A stretch of 64,000 bases of DNA from Myxococcota bacterium. Its GTDB lineage: Bacteria; Myxococcota_A; UBA9160; UBA6930. The notes under the pieces are model-generated. The model was not told where the DNA came from. It worked only from the letters and a program-made list of their open reading frames with translations, and did not search any database. The DNA lies in the NCBI GenBank assembly GCA_965223415.1, contig OZ245002.1:4672001-4736000 (forward strand), in the 5' to 3' direction. This document shows positions 8,962-18,902 of this stretch, piece after piece. The position numbers were made by a program, and so were the translations under genes. How positions within the stretch are numbered: the first letter of the stretch is position 1; the number at the start of each line of letters is the position of its first letter.

Positions 8962-9852
8962 TCACGGGCGATTCGGCGTCTGGTACTCCAAGCCGATGCG
9001 TCCGAGCCGGGTCTTGAACTCCCCGAGCACGGTGTCGGTGAGCACGTCTTCGAGCTCCTCCGGAGAGGCCTCGGCCAGGTTGACACCGTGGTACTCGGGC
9101 GCCTCGGCGTCCGGGTTCTCCGGCGCGACTTCGCGAACACGCTCCCGCTGGGCGACCACGCCGCCGTCGCGGAAGCGATCGGCGAAGGTCGCGAGCATGA
9201 AGTAGGACATGTCCTTTTGCATCTGCTGCACGTCCGCCTTCCGCTCCGGCTGCTCGCGGATCAGCGAGCCGATCCGGTTCTCCCCGAAGCCGACGTGACG
9301 GCGCTCGTCCGCGATCGTCCCCGCGAGGGTGTGCGCGAACTTCGGGTTGCCCTCCCGCATCGACGCGTGCAGCATCTCGAAGACGCTGAAGGCCATGCCC
9401 TCGAGCACGATGTTCTGGCCGACCACGCCCGCGACGAAGTCGCGCTTGTCGACCTTCTCGAGCAGGATCTCGGCGAACTGCACCAGGTTCGGGTTCGCGA
9501 GCTGGGTCACGACGTCGTCGAGCTCGCCCTTCTTCACCCCCAGGTCGAAGAGGCGCTGGGAGAAGACCTCGACGTGGCGGGCCTCGTCGAGGGTCTGGGT
9601 GGCGAGGAAGCGCTTGCTGGCTTCGTCGGGGGCCGCGTTGATCAGCCCGGAGGAGGCGGCGAGGGCGCAGCGTTCACCGGCGACGAGCTGCACGGTGAGC
9701 GAGATGGCTTGCTCGCGGAGCAGGGGGTCGCTCACGACGAGGTCCGGCTCGCGCTCGCCGGGCGGGTGTCCGAACTCCGTCTCGGCCAGGTATCCCTGGG
9801 GACAGGATTCGAGCCAGCGTTGGATGGAGTAACCCTCGAGAAAATCGGTCAT
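8962..9852 (-). CDS. Ferritin-like di-iron domain protein
   Basis: Two D-E-x-R-H motifs (DEARH, DERRH) plus GE and LEG helices; start MTDFLEG. Confidence 0.8.
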   Translation of the reverse strand: MTDFLEGYSIQRWLESCPQGYLAETEFGHPPGEREPDLVVSDPLLREQAISLTVQLVAGERCALAASSGLINAAPDEASKRFLATQTLDEARHVEVFSQRLFDLGVKKGELDDVVTQLANPNLVQFAEILLEKVDKRDFVAGVVGQNIVLEGMAFSVFEMLHASMREGNPKFAHTLAGTIADERRHVGFGENRIGSLIREQPERKADVQQMQKDMSYFMLATFADRFRDGGVVAQRERVREVAPENPDAEAPEYHGVNLAEASPEELEDVLTDTVLGEFKTRLGRIGLEYQTPNRP

Positions 9853-9907
9853 GGTGTTCGAGCCTCCGGGCGCCGGCCGGGGGCCCGACCGATCGGTCGG
9901 GTAGCAC

Positions 9908-9922
9908 GCAAGACGGGTGCCA
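9908..9922 (-). promoter_or_regulatory. Sigma54 -24/-12 promoter of the ferritin-like gene
   Basis: TGGCAC-CCGTC-TTGC on the minus strand, exact TGGCAC-N5-TTGC match. Confidence 0.7.
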
Positions 9923-10174
9923 ACCGATGCGGCGGCTCCGGCTCCCCAGGGCTCCGCCGCGAGGCCGGAAGTCCCAGCTCGCTGGGTGCGAGCGTCACGA
10001 CGCCCCATTGGGGCCGATACTTCCGCGACGACCTCCGCAGCCGCTTCTCGGCGGGCTCGATCTCTCGCACGGTGAGTCGCTCACCTCAGCCTGGGCGGCG
10101 ACCATCTGCGCTACTGGCTCGACGCCACGGGCCTCTGCTCCGGCCCCATCGGCCCGCGTGGCGGCTCTCGCCGC

Positions 10175-10669
10175 TCAGCGCGCCCGCTTGCGGGCCGCCT
10201 TCTTCCGCGTGGCCTTCTTCGTGGCCTTCTTGCGGGTGGTCTTCTTCCGCGCGGCCTTCTTCGTCGCCTTCTTCCGCGTGGTCTTCTTCCGCGCAGCCTT
10301 CTTCGTGGCCTTCTTGCGGGTGGCCTTCTTCGCCGTCTTGCGCGCGCTCTTCTTCCGCGCGGTCTTCCTCCTTGCCGTCTTCTTCCGCGTGCTCTTCTTC
10401 TTCCGCGTCGGGGTGCCGCGGATGGCGCGCTCGAGGCGCTTGTAGAGCTTCTCGGCGTCGGTTTCGAGCCGCTTGCGCCGCTTCTCGCCGTCCTTCACCA
10501 GCTTCTCGATCTGCTTCTCCATGTCCGCGAGCTGCTTGCGCACCTCGCGGACGCCTCGCCTGAGATTCGGAGGGAGCTCCTTCTCGAAGCGGGCTACGCC
10601 CTTGATGAACCAGTTGGAGCTGCGGGTGCTCGCGCTGCGAGCTCGCTTTGCCTTCGGGCGCGCTGCCAT
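10175..10669 (-). CDS. Basic histone H1-like protein (coiled coil plus KKAARKK/KKTTRKK repeats)
   Basis: K/R/A/T pentapeptide repeats in the C-half; GGAGG RBS. Confidence 0.8.
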   Translation of the reverse strand: MAARPKAKRARSASTRSSNWFIKGVARFEKELPPNLRRGVREVRKQLADMEKQIEKLVKDGEKRRKRLETDAEKLYKRLERAIRGTPTRKKKSTRKKTARRKTARKKSARKTAKKATRKKATKKAARKKTTRKKATKKAARKKTTRKKATKKATRKKAARKRAR

Positions 10670-10773
10670 GGGTGCCTCCTTCGTCGCCAGCGATGAGCGA
10701 TCGGGATCAGCCTACCAGGCTTCGCAGGGCGGCGGGCCCCCGATTTGCCGGGGTGCGTAGGCGAAGGCCTGCG

Positions 10774-12834
10774 CTACGGGAGCTCGAGAGTGGCGTCGGC
10801 CCCTGCGTCGAGGGTCTCGCGCACCCGGCGGCACAGGTCGTCGGTGCGGACCGGCTTCATCAGCAGGGGGCCGTCGCACGGGGCACTCGCGAGGGCCGGG
10901 CCGCGCTCCGGGTGGCCGGACATGAAGAGGATGAGGGGGCGCGGGTCCCGCTTCACCAGGACCCGGGCGAGCTCGGGGCCTCCCATGCGCGGCATGACCA
11001 CGTCCGATAGCACCAGGTGCACCGGGGCGCGCTCGCGCTCGATCATGCCGAGCGCGTCGATTCCGTCGCGCGCTTCGAGGACGCGGTAGCCCGCCTCTTC
11101 GAGGGTGCGCACGACCAGGGCCCGCACGTCGGCCCGGTCCTCGGCGACGAGGATCGTCTCGTCGCCACGGGGCAGGGGCTCGGCTTCGCCCGCCGCCGCG
11201 GCCCGCGTCTCGTCTTCGGTGGCAGGCAGATCGATGAGCACGGTGGTGCCGTCGCCGGGCTCGCTCTCGACACGGATCTCGCCATCCATGCTGCGGACGA
11301 TCGAGTAGACGACGGCGAGGCCGAGGCCGGTTCCGGAGCCGGGCTCCTTGGTGGTGAAGAACGCCTCGAAGACCCGTTCCCGCGTCCGGGTGTCCATGCC
11401 GACGCCGGAATCAGTGACGGCCAGGCGCACCCGGTCGCCGTGGCGCTCGGTCTCGATGCGCAGGGTGCCACCTTCGGGCATGGCGTCGCGGGCGTTCACG
11501 GCGAGGTTCACCAGGATCTGCTCCAGGTGGGCCGGGTCCGCGAACACCATGGGAAGGCCCGGCTCGAGCTGCAGGGCGAGCAGGACGTCTTCGCCGATCA
11601 GGCGGGAGAGCAGGCTCTCCACCTTGCCAGCCACGTCGTTCAGGTCGACGGGCCGCCGGCGTCCGCGGGCCGGGCGGCTCACGGCCAGGAGCTGTCGCGT
11701 CAGGCCCTCGCCCTGTTCGGCGGCGCGCAGGATCTCCCGAACCATCGCCGGTTCCTCGGTGGCGCTCGCGCTCCCGGCGGTGAGCTGTTGGGCGTAGCCC
11801 ATGATGACCATCAGCAGGTTGTTGAAGTCGTGGGCGACGCCGCCGGCGAGCTGGCCGATCGCCTCCATCTTCTGGGACTGGCGAAGCTCGCTCTCGAGGT
11901 GGAGCCGCTCGGTCAGGTCCCGGGCCACCACCACCACGCGGTGGCGCCCGTCCGGGGTGGCGAAGGCTGTGGCGTCGGGCTCGAGCCAACGCCAGCCGCC
12001 GTCGGCGGTCTGGACGCGCAGGGGCTCGCCGCGGGTGTTGCCCAGGACGACGGCTTCGCGCAGCTGGGAGCGGAAGCGGGCGCCATCCTCCGGATGCACG
12101 CGGGCGGCCAGGTTCGTACCGAGGATCGCGCGGAGGTCCCACCCCAGGGTGGTGTGGTGGCTCGGGCTCGCAAAAAGGATGGCACCCTCCTCGTCGAGCT
12201 CGGAGACGAGGTCACCGCTGTGCTCGGTCACCGCCCGGCTGCGGGCCTCGCTCTCCTCGACGTCGCGCAGGCTGCTCTGGCGCAGGTGGTCGTAGACCAG
12301 GGCGACAGCCAGGAGCAGGCCCTCGAAGACGAGCGCGCCGCGGAAGGCCGATTGGGCCGCGACCTCTGCCGAAACCTCCACCGGGAAGGCGAAGCCCGTT
12401 CGCCGCAGCGCTTCGAGCCCGACGATGAAGGCGCAGCACGCCACGGCCCAGGCCGCGCCGACGCGGGCTCCCCCGAAGACGGTCGCGAGGAGGGGGACGA
12501 GGCCCAGGTAGAAGCTCGCCGACACGAGGGCGCCGCCGGTGGAGGCGGCCACGAAGGCCGGGGCCGCGAAGAGGACGGAGCACAGCAGGTAGCCGAGCGG
12601 TCGCCAGGCCCCCGTGCGGCGCAAGACCGGGGGGATGGCTCCGCCGGCCAGGGCCACGCCCGCGCACACCGCCGCCACCAGCCGCGAGCCCTGGGTGAGC
12701 TGGATCCAGGCGATCCAGGAAGCCGCCGCTGCGGTCAACAGGCCGCCGAGCACGACGGCCCGCGCCGCCCGCACGGCGTCGGGGCCCTGCTGGCGGACCG
12801 ACTCGGGGACGCCCCACGCGAAAGGATCCTGCAC
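10774..12834 (-). CDS. Membrane hybrid sensor histidine kinase (TM-PAS-HisKA-HATPase-REC)
   Basis: AHDFNNLL H-box, NARDAM, FTTK..GTGLGL, REC SDVVMP. Confidence 0.92.
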   Translation of the reverse strand: MQDPFAWGVPESVRQQGPDAVRAARAVVLGGLLTAAAASWIAWIQLTQGSRLVAAVCAGVALAGGAIPPVLRRTGAWRPLGYLLCSVLFAAPAFVAASTGGALVSASFYLGLVPLLATVFGGARVGAAWAVACCAFIVGLEALRRTGFAFPVEVSAEVAAQSAFRGALVFEGLLLAVALVYDHLRQSSLRDVEESEARSRAVTEHSGDLVSELDEEGAILFASPSHHTTLGWDLRAILGTNLAARVHPEDGARFRSQLREAVVLGNTRGEPLRVQTADGGWRWLEPDATAFATPDGRHRVVVVARDLTERLHLESELRQSQKMEAIGQLAGGVAHDFNNLLMVIMGYAQQLTAGSASATEEPAMVREILRAAEQGEGLTRQLLAVSRPARGRRRPVDLNDVAGKVESLLSRLIGEDVLLALQLEPGLPMVFADPAHLEQILVNLAVNARDAMPEGGTLRIETERHGDRVRLAVTDSGVGMDTRTRERVFEAFFTTKEPGSGTGLGLAVVYSIVRSMDGEIRVESEPGDGTTVLIDLPATEDETRAAAAGEAEPLPRGDETILVAEDRADVRALVVRTLEEAGYRVLEARDGIDALGMIERERAPVHLVLSDVVMPRMGGPELARVLVKRDPRPLILFMSGHPERGPALASAPCDGPLLMKPVRTDDLCRRVRETLDAGADATLELP

Positions 12835-12843
12835 GCCCGGATC

Positions 12844-13731
12844 CTAGGGGGAAGCCACACCCGAGCGCGATGCGGGATTCCCCTCATCCCCCTCGCCGGG
12901 CCGGCTCCCGCGGGCCGGGTTCGGGAAGAAGAGCTGCTGGCCGTCGACCCGGAACTCGGCGATCGCTCGCTGCCCCTCGGGGCCGGTCAGCCAGTCGATG
13001 AAGGCGCGACCTTCCGCCGCCTTCACGTGAGGATGGCGTTCGGGGCTCACGAGCAGGACTCCGTAGGGGTTGTGGAGGCGCGAATCCCCCTCGACCAGCA
13101 CCTCGAAGTCGCGCCGGTTCCGGAAGCTGATCCAGGTGCCGCGATCGGTCAGGGTGTAGGCCTGCATCGCCACGGCCGTGTTGAGGGTGGCGCCCATCCC
13201 GGCGCCGGTCTCGCGGTACCAGCTGCCGCTGGCGCTGCTCGGATCGATCCCGGCGTCCTTCCACAGGGCCCGCTCCTTCGTGTGGGTGCCGCTGTCGTCG
13301 CCCCGGGAGGCGAAAGGCACCTCCTGTCCAGCGAGCCTGCGCAAGGCGGCCGCTGCATCGGTCCGGCCGCGGAGGCCGGCCGGATCGCCGGCGGGACCGA
13401 CGATCACGAAGTCGTTGAACATGACGTCTCGCCGCATGCTGCCGTGCCCGTCGGCGAGGAAGGCGTCCTCCCGGGCGCGGGCGTGCACCAGCAGCACGTC
13501 CCCGTCGCCGTTTCGCGCGTTCCTGAGGGCCTGGCCCGTTCCCACGGCGACGACCCGCACGCCGATGCCCGTCGCCCTCCGGAAGCGCGGGATCAGATCG
13601 TCGAGCAGACCGGAGTTCTGTGTGGAGGTCGTGGATTGGAGCAGGAGGGTGCGCTCGGCGTTCCCCGCATGGCTGGCCGTCGGTATCAGCAGCGCCAGGG
13701 CGACGAGGACGAGCGAAGGCAGGCGCGGCAC
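12844..13731 (-). CDS. tupA: Tungstate ABC transporter substrate-binding protein
   Basis: STTSTQNSGLL, VGTGQAL, SRGDDSGTH, NPY motifs; signal peptide. Confidence 0.88.
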   Translation of the reverse strand: MPRLPSLVLVALALLIPTASHAGNAERTLLLQSTTSTQNSGLLDDLIPRFRRATGIGVRVVAVGTGQALRNARNGDGDVLLVHARAREDAFLADGHGSMRRDVMFNDFVIVGPAGDPAGLRGRTDAAAALRRLAGQEVPFASRGDDSGTHTKERALWKDAGIDPSSASGSWYRETGAGMGATLNTAVAMQAYTLTDRGTWISFRNRRDFEVLVEGDSRLHNPYGVLLVSPERHPHVKAAEGRAFIDWLTGPEGQRAIAEFRVDGQQLFFPNPARGSRPGEGDEGNPASRSGVASP

Positions 13732-13732
13732 C

Positions 13733-15016
13733 TCAGAACCTCACGACCAGGTCGGTCTGCAGGAGCGTCCGTTCTGCGCCCGAGAGGGATCCGGCGAAGG
13801 CCGACCCGCGCTCCACCGGTTCCCCGAAGAAGAGGGCGACCTTCAGGTCCGTGCTCGGGAGCACCTCCCTTGTGGCCTTGAGGACGATCACCTCCCGGTT
13901 GGCCCGTCCGTCCAGGAGCGGGGAGTCGGTGAACTGGCCCGGCCAGGCGTTCGCCTCGAGCCGGAAGAAGCCCACCTCGAGCTTCGCCAGCTTGCGCTTG
14001 TCGCCCACCTCGAGCCCGAAGCCGAAGCCCAGGTCTTCTTCGCCGGCGTCGGGGTGGAGCGCGTGGCGGGCAGCGTCGTGGTTCTTCACGACGTGGCCGT
14101 ACACGAGCACCGGCCAGTCTTCGTTGCCGCTCCAGCGCAGGTAGGCGGCGAGCTCCGTGGCCGAGAGGCCGCCGTTGCCGCTGGCCGTACCGTTCAGGCC
14201 GAAGCGCAGGCCGCCCGCAGCCGCCGCGCGGCCGAGGAAAGCCGGATCGAGGGAGCGCCACTCGTAGTGGGTGACACGGCCGCCGGCCTGCCACGCCGCC
14301 GCCGGCTCCCAGAGGGCGCCGAGCTGGAGCCCGAGCAGGTGGGGATCCCGAGCCGCGCTGTTCTCGTCCGCGATCAGGTAGGCCGCGCGGGCGAAGAGCC
14401 GTGCATCGCCCAGGTCGTCCGAGTCCCACGCGAGGGCCGCCCCCTCGAGGGAGAGATCGCGATCCCACAGCATCGAGTCTGGCCCGTGCTTCCAGCGGAA
14501 GGGCACACCCATCTTGCCCAGCCGCAGTCGGGCCGTCCCAGCCAGGGGAAGCAGCGTCTCCGGTGCGCGCAGTTCGAGGTGGGCGCGATCGATGAACAGC
14601 CCGTCCGGGTCGAAGTCGTCGCCCGCGCCGAAGGTCTGGTTGGCGCTGCGGGGCCGGCCGCCCGAGGCGAGCCGGAGGGTCACGTCCGCCCACGGGTTGA
14701 TGCGGGCGCGGCCCTGGAGACGAAGGCGGTAGCGGCCCCGGGAGCGGTCGGATCGGTCCACCCCCAGCGGGTCGCGGTTGAACCAGAACTGCTCGTAGCG
14801 CGCCCGGAAGTCGCCGGACCACTCGATCTGCGCCAGGGCGGCCTTGCGGGCCGTCCAGCGCTCGTGGCGGGAGGCGAGATCGGCGTACTCGGCATCGTCG
14901 ACCAGGCCGCGCGCGTGCAGGATGGCCAGGACCTCACGCACCACGCTCTCCTCCTCGGCGGCGGCTGGCGAAGCGAGGAGGAGAAGAACGGCAAGGGCGG
15001 GAGCGAGGGCGGACAT
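13733..15016 (-). CDS. Putative outer-membrane porin
   Basis: Signal peptide, WSGDFRARYE, RYRLRL, C-terminal QTDLVVRF; start MSALAP. Confidence 0.78.
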   Translation of the reverse strand: MSALAPALAVLLLLASPAAAEEESVVREVLAILHARGLVDDAEYADLASRHERWTARKAALAQIEWSGDFRARYEQFWFNRDPLGVDRSDRSRGRYRLRLQGRARINPWADVTLRLASGGRPRSANQTFGAGDDFDPDGLFIDRAHLELRAPETLLPLAGTARLRLGKMGVPFRWKHGPDSMLWDRDLSLEGAALAWDSDDLGDARLFARAAYLIADENSAARDPHLLGLQLGALWEPAAAWQAGGRVTHYEWRSLDPAFLGRAAAAGGLRFGLNGTASGNGGLSATELAAYLRWSGNEDWPVLVYGHVVKNHDAARHALHPDAGEEDLGFGFGLEVGDKRKLAKLEVGFFRLEANAWPGQFTDSPLLDGRANREVIVLKATREVLPSTDLKVALFFGEPVERGSAFAGSLSGAERTLLQTDLVVRF

Positions 15017-15028
15017 CGGGCCTCCGGG

Positions 15029-15052
15029 CGCTATTCCCGCGGAGGTATAGCT
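15029..15052. promoter_or_regulatory. ModE-type operator upstream of porin-tupA
   Basis: CGCTAT-N12-ATAGCT, same geometry as the known ModE box CGTTAT-N12-ATAACG. Confidence 0.65.
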
Positions 15053-15057
15053 GCTCC

Positions 15058-15384
15058 TCAACGCACCTGCTTCTCGATCCGCCGGAGGTCCCGGCCCACG
15101 GCGCGCAAGGCGGCCTTCTCCATCGCGTGGTAGCGCTGGATCAACTCCTCGCCGAAGGGGGTGAGGGCCGCGCCGCGGGACGAGGTGGCGACGACAGGCT
15201 CGCGGAAGCACGTGTTCAGGTCGTCGATGCGCTCCCACGCCTGCCGATAGCCCAGGTCCGACGCCCGAGCGGCCGCCGAGATGGAGCCGTGCTCCCGGAC
15301 CGCCTCCAGTAGCGCCACCTTGCCCGGGCCCAGCTTGGAGCCCTCGTCGGTACCGAAGTAGAACCCGATCCGGACCCGCGTCAC
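15058..15384 (-). CDS. modE: ModE-family winged-helix regulator (no molybdate-binding domain)
   Basis: LGPGKVALLEAVREHGSISAAAR..YRQAW..LN. Confidence 0.85.
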   Translation of the reverse strand: MTRVRIGFYFGTDEGSKLGPGKVALLEAVREHGSISAAARASDLGYRQAWERIDDLNTCFREPVVATSSRGAALTPFGEELIQRYHAMEKAALRAVGRDLRRIEKQVR

Positions 15385-15429
15385 GGGGCGCCCACACGGG
15401 TCCGCGCGGCGGCCGATCGGAGCCCGATG

Positions 15430-16719
15430 TCAGTAGTCGTAGCCGCGCTCCTCGTGCAGGCTCACGTCGAGGCCGCGGGTCTCGTCTTCGTCGGTCACGC
15501 GCAGGCCGATGACGGCGCTCACCGCCTTCAGGATCACGTAGCTCGCGAGGGCCGTGTAGACGACCGTGATGCCGGCGGCCAGCAGCTGCACGCCGAGCTG
15601 CGAACCGATGGCGAGCGCTCCCTGGTTGCCGCCGAAGACCTCCGACGCGAAGACCGCCGCCAGCACGGTGCCGACGAAGCCGCCGACGCCGTGCACCCCA
15701 AACACGTCCAGGGAGTCGTCGTAGCCGAGGGCGCGCTTCATGCTGGTCGATGCGAGGTAGCAGACGGCGCCGGAGGCGAGGCCGATCGCGAGCCCTCCGA
15801 CTGGTCCGATGTACCCGGAGGCCGGCGTCACCGCGGCCAGGCCGGCGATCGCCCCGGTGGCGATGCCCAGCACGCTCGGCTTGCCGTGCCGCACCCACTC
15901 GATCACCATCCAGGTGGCCGCCGCCGTGGCCGCCGAGATCTGGGTCACGACCGCCGCCATGGCCGCGCCGCCGTTGGCGCCGAGGGCGCTGCCCCCGTTG
16001 AAGCCGTACCAGCCCACCCAGAGTATGCCCGTGCCGGTGACGCACATGGTCATGTTGTGGGGGAGCATCGGCGTTCGGGGATAGCCGGAGCGGGGGCCGA
16101 TGACGATGCACGCCACCAGCGCACCGACTCCGGCGGTGATGTGCACGACGATGCCGCCCGCGAAGTCGAAGACCCCGAGCTCGCCGAACCAGCCGCCGCC
16201 CCAGGTCATGTGACAGATGGGCAGGTAGACGACGACCAGCCACAGCACGCAGAACCAGAGCATGGAGCTGAACTTCATGCGCTCGGCGAAGGCGCCGACC
16301 ATCAGGGCCGGCGTGATGATGGCGAAGGTCATCTGGAACAGGAAGAAGAGCACCTCCGGAATCGTCCCGGAGAGGGCGTCGCCGGTGATGCCGCGCAGGA
16401 AGCTCTTGCCGAAGCCGCCGATCAGCGCACCGCCTTCTTCGAAGGCCAGGCTGTAGCCGAAGGCCGTCCACAGCACGGTGATCACCGCCGCGAGGGCCAG
16501 GCACTGCATCAGCACCGAGAGCACGTTCTTGGTCCGAACCAGCCCGCCGTAGAAGAGGGCCAGGCCGGGGAGGGTCATGAACAGGACGAGCGCGGTGGAG
16601 GCCAGGATCCAGGCCGTGTCGCCGGTATCCAGGGCATCCTCTGCCCAGGCCGGGGCGGCGAGCACGAGGGCCACCGCGGCGGGAAGGAGCAGACGGACGC
16701 GAGACAGCCAGGTGGACAT
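15430..16719 (-). CDS. amtB: Ammonium transporter
   Basis: LFMTLPGLALFYGGLVR, FQMTFAIIT, DFAGGIVVH, DDSLDVFGVHG. Confidence 0.95.
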   Translation of the reverse strand: MSTWLSRVRLLLPAAVALVLAAPAWAEDALDTGDTAWILASTALVLFMTLPGLALFYGGLVRTKNVLSVLMQCLALAAVITVLWTAFGYSLAFEEGGALIGGFGKSFLRGITGDALSGTIPEVLFFLFQMTFAIITPALMVGAFAERMKFSSMLWFCVLWLVVVYLPICHMTWGGGWFGELGVFDFAGGIVVHITAGVGALVACIVIGPRSGYPRTPMLPHNMTMCVTGTGILWVGWYGFNGGSALGANGGAAMAAVVTQISAATAAATWMVIEWVRHGKPSVLGIATGAIAGLAAVTPASGYIGPVGGLAIGLASGAVCYLASTSMKRALGYDDSLDVFGVHGVGGFVGTVLAAVFASEVFGGNQGALAIGSQLGVQLLAAGITVVYTALASYVILKAVSAVIGLRVTDEDETRGLDVSLHEERGYDY

Positions 16720-16845
16720 GGGGCACCTCGGGGCAGGAGTGGACGGGGCGTTTGGTACTCCTCTCCTGGTGGGCGCGTCCAGCCCCTCGTCGCCCGAAAA
16801 TCGCGTTCTGTGCTGGTAGGGGCACAAATTTGTGGGGGATCCGGC

Positions 16846-18357
16846 CTAGGCGGCGTCCTCCAGGAGCTGGATCATGGCGGCCCGCCCGGGGCCGAGCTCC
16901 GGCTCCTCTCGCTGGTCGCGGCCCTGGTAGACGTCGAGCACCCGCCGCAGCACCTCGGGGTTCTGCATCAGGTCGCCGGGCGGGTCGAGCAGGTTGAAGC
17001 CGCGCAGGAAGGCGCGCAGCACGGTGGCGTCGAGGCGCAGCGCCGGCACGAAGCCCCGGCGCATGAGGTCCCGCAGGTAGGCCTTGGGATCCACCACGCC
17101 GCCGGGGCTCGGGGCCTCTTCGTCGGCGCCGCTGCGGAGCTTCTCGGCCCAGGCCGCGGCGTCCCGGTCCTGGCCGCGGGCCAGGTCGTACCACGGCACG
17201 ATCTCCCGCTCGACGTCCGCCTCCAGGGCGAGGGCCAGGGCCTCGTCGTCGTACGGGTGCTCGGCCAGTCGATCCGCCAGCAGTGCCGCGTGCACCAGGG
17301 CGAAGGCGCAGCCCCGTCCGTAGAGCGGGTTCGAGTGGATCGCGGCGTCGCCGATCGCCACCACGCCCAGGGCGAGGAGCCGGCCGTCCTGCACGAAGAG
17401 GCGCCGCGTGTTGCGCAGGCCATCCATGGGATGGACCTCGCTGATCGGCTCCGCGACCGCCGGGTCGACCCAGGCGCGGGTCGCCGGCAGGGCCTCGGCG
17501 GCGGCGGTGAACGGCGCGCTGCGCAGGAGCGCGCGGAGCGGGCGGTCCTTCGGTGCGGCGGCGAAGGTGACGGAGAAGATCTTGGAATCGCCATGGAAGA
17601 TCGCGTACTTCAGGTAGCCCAGGTCGGCGCCGATCGTGGTATCCCGCTCCGGGGGCTCCACGCCGGGCCGCAGGGCGTAGAAGCGCGAGCAGTAGAAGAT
17701 GCCGCAGGGCTCCGACTCCACCTCCGGAACCGGCGCGCCGATCTCCCCGAGCCAACGGCCCAGCGGGGAGCGCCGGCCCGAGGCGTCGACCACGAGATCG
17801 GCCTCGAGGATCCGCTGCTGTCCCCCCTGCACGTAGCTCAGGCCGCGGACGCGAACCGGAGCGCTCGCATCGTCGGCGAGGAGTCCGCCGACCTCGGCGC
17901 CGTCGATCAGCTCGACCCGGGGCTCGTCCGTGGAGATGCGATGGAGCACCCACTCGAAGGTGAGGCGCCGGCAGGCCAGGAGGGTGAGATCGTCGTCGCC
18001 GGGGCGCGGGCTCGGGTCGTCGATGCCCTCCCGCAGCAGGTTGGCGATCGGCAGCTCCTCGGCGCCGGCCTCGAGCAGGGCCTCCAGCACGTCGGGGAGC
18101 CGGTCGCGCAGCAGGTTGCGCAGCCGGGCCAGGAAGGCGTGGGAGTGGCGGGCCTGAGGGGCTCCGCGGCGTTCCCAGGTCTCGAAGGCGCTGCGGGGAT
18201 CTTCGGGGAGCGGGGTGTCGTCGCGTTCGAGGAGCGTGACGCGATGGCCCGCCCGCCCCAGCAGCAGCGCGCAGCCGAGCCCCGCAATGCCCGCGCCCAC
18301 CACGGCGACGTGTTTCGCCCCAGGGCTTCCCCCGGCCGGAGCGACGTGACTCGTCAC
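16846..18357 (-). CDS. FAD-dependent oxidoreductase
   Basis: VVGAGIAG, DASGRRS, IGDA..NPLYGRG; GTGA overlap with upstream gene. Confidence 0.85.
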   Translation of the reverse strand: MTSHVAPAGGSPGAKHVAVVGAGIAGLGCALLLGRAGHRVTLLERDDTPLPEDPRSAFETWERRGAPQARHSHAFLARLRNLLRDRLPDVLEALLEAGAEELPIANLLREGIDDPSPRPGDDDLTLLACRRLTFEWVLHRISTDEPRVELIDGAEVGGLLADDASAPVRVRGLSYVQGGQQRILEADLVVDASGRRSPLGRWLGEIGAPVPEVESEPCGIFYCSRFYALRPGVEPPERDTTIGADLGYLKYAIFHGDSKIFSVTFAAAPKDRPLRALLRSAPFTAAAEALPATRAWVDPAVAEPISEVHPMDGLRNTRRLFVQDGRLLALGVVAIGDAAIHSNPLYGRGCAFALVHAALLADRLAEHPYDDEALALALEADVEREIVPWYDLARGQDRDAAAWAEKLRSGADEEAPSPGGVVDPKAYLRDLMRRGFVPALRLDATVLRAFLRGFNLLDPPGDLMQNPEVLRRVLDVYQGRDQREEPELGPGRAAMIQLLEDAA

Positions 18358-18872
18358 AGGGCGCCCTCCCGACGCAATGAGTCGATCAGCGCCTCGGGCA
18401 GCGCGGCCCGGGTGTCGCTCTCGAAGAGCAGCGGCTGGTCCCCCCGCCATTCCGCATCGCATTCCCGCTGCCACGGGAAGTGTCCGCCCGGATCCGGCCA
18501 GAAGCACTGGAGACAAGGCACGTCGTCCCGCTGGTAGTGCCAGGCGGCGTTGCCGAGGAAGGGATCCCGCCACTTCGGCGCGAGGTCGCGGAAGGCGAGC
18601 GCCCCCTGCTCGAGGAGCCCCGGGGCTTCCTCGCCCGACGCGAAGCGCCGGCCGCGGCGGATTGCCTCGCCCACGTGGTTCAGCAGGCGCGCCAGCACCT
18701 GCAGGTCGATGCCGAACACCAGCACCTCGGGGTGCTCGAAGCCCTCGAACAGCCCGATCGTGTGGGCCCATCCGGGCGCCGACTCCTCCGGCGGAACGAG
18801 CACCAGATGCCAGCCGTGGCGGGCGATGTCGTGGCGTACCCGGGCCTCGATCTCGTCCTGGACGTCGCTCAT
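18354..18872 (-). CDS. DUF4262-like protein
   Basis: HGWHLVLV, WAHTIGL, HPE, LQCFWPD..FPW..QP. Confidence 0.75.
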   Translation of the reverse strand: MSDVQDEIEARVRHDIARHGWHLVLVPPEESAPGWAHTIGLFEGFEHPEVLVFGIDLQVLARLLNHVGEAIRRGRRFASGEEAPGLLEQGALAFRDLAPKWRDPFLGNAAWHYQRDDVPCLQCFWPDPGGHFPWQRECDAEWRGDQPLLFESDTRAALPEALIDSLRREGAL

Positions 18873-18902
18873 CGCGGCGCGAGGCTACCGGTCGGCGGCT
18901 CT

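Noticed and set aside
10190..10410. Tandem DNA repeats as a CRISPR array or VNTR
   Set aside because: They encode the lysine-rich protein repeats; no spacers and no cas genes in the window
13733..17953. 1406-aa ORF
   Set aside because: Only the last 427 aa (porin) look real; the rest is an off-frame read over modE, amtB and the oxidoreductase
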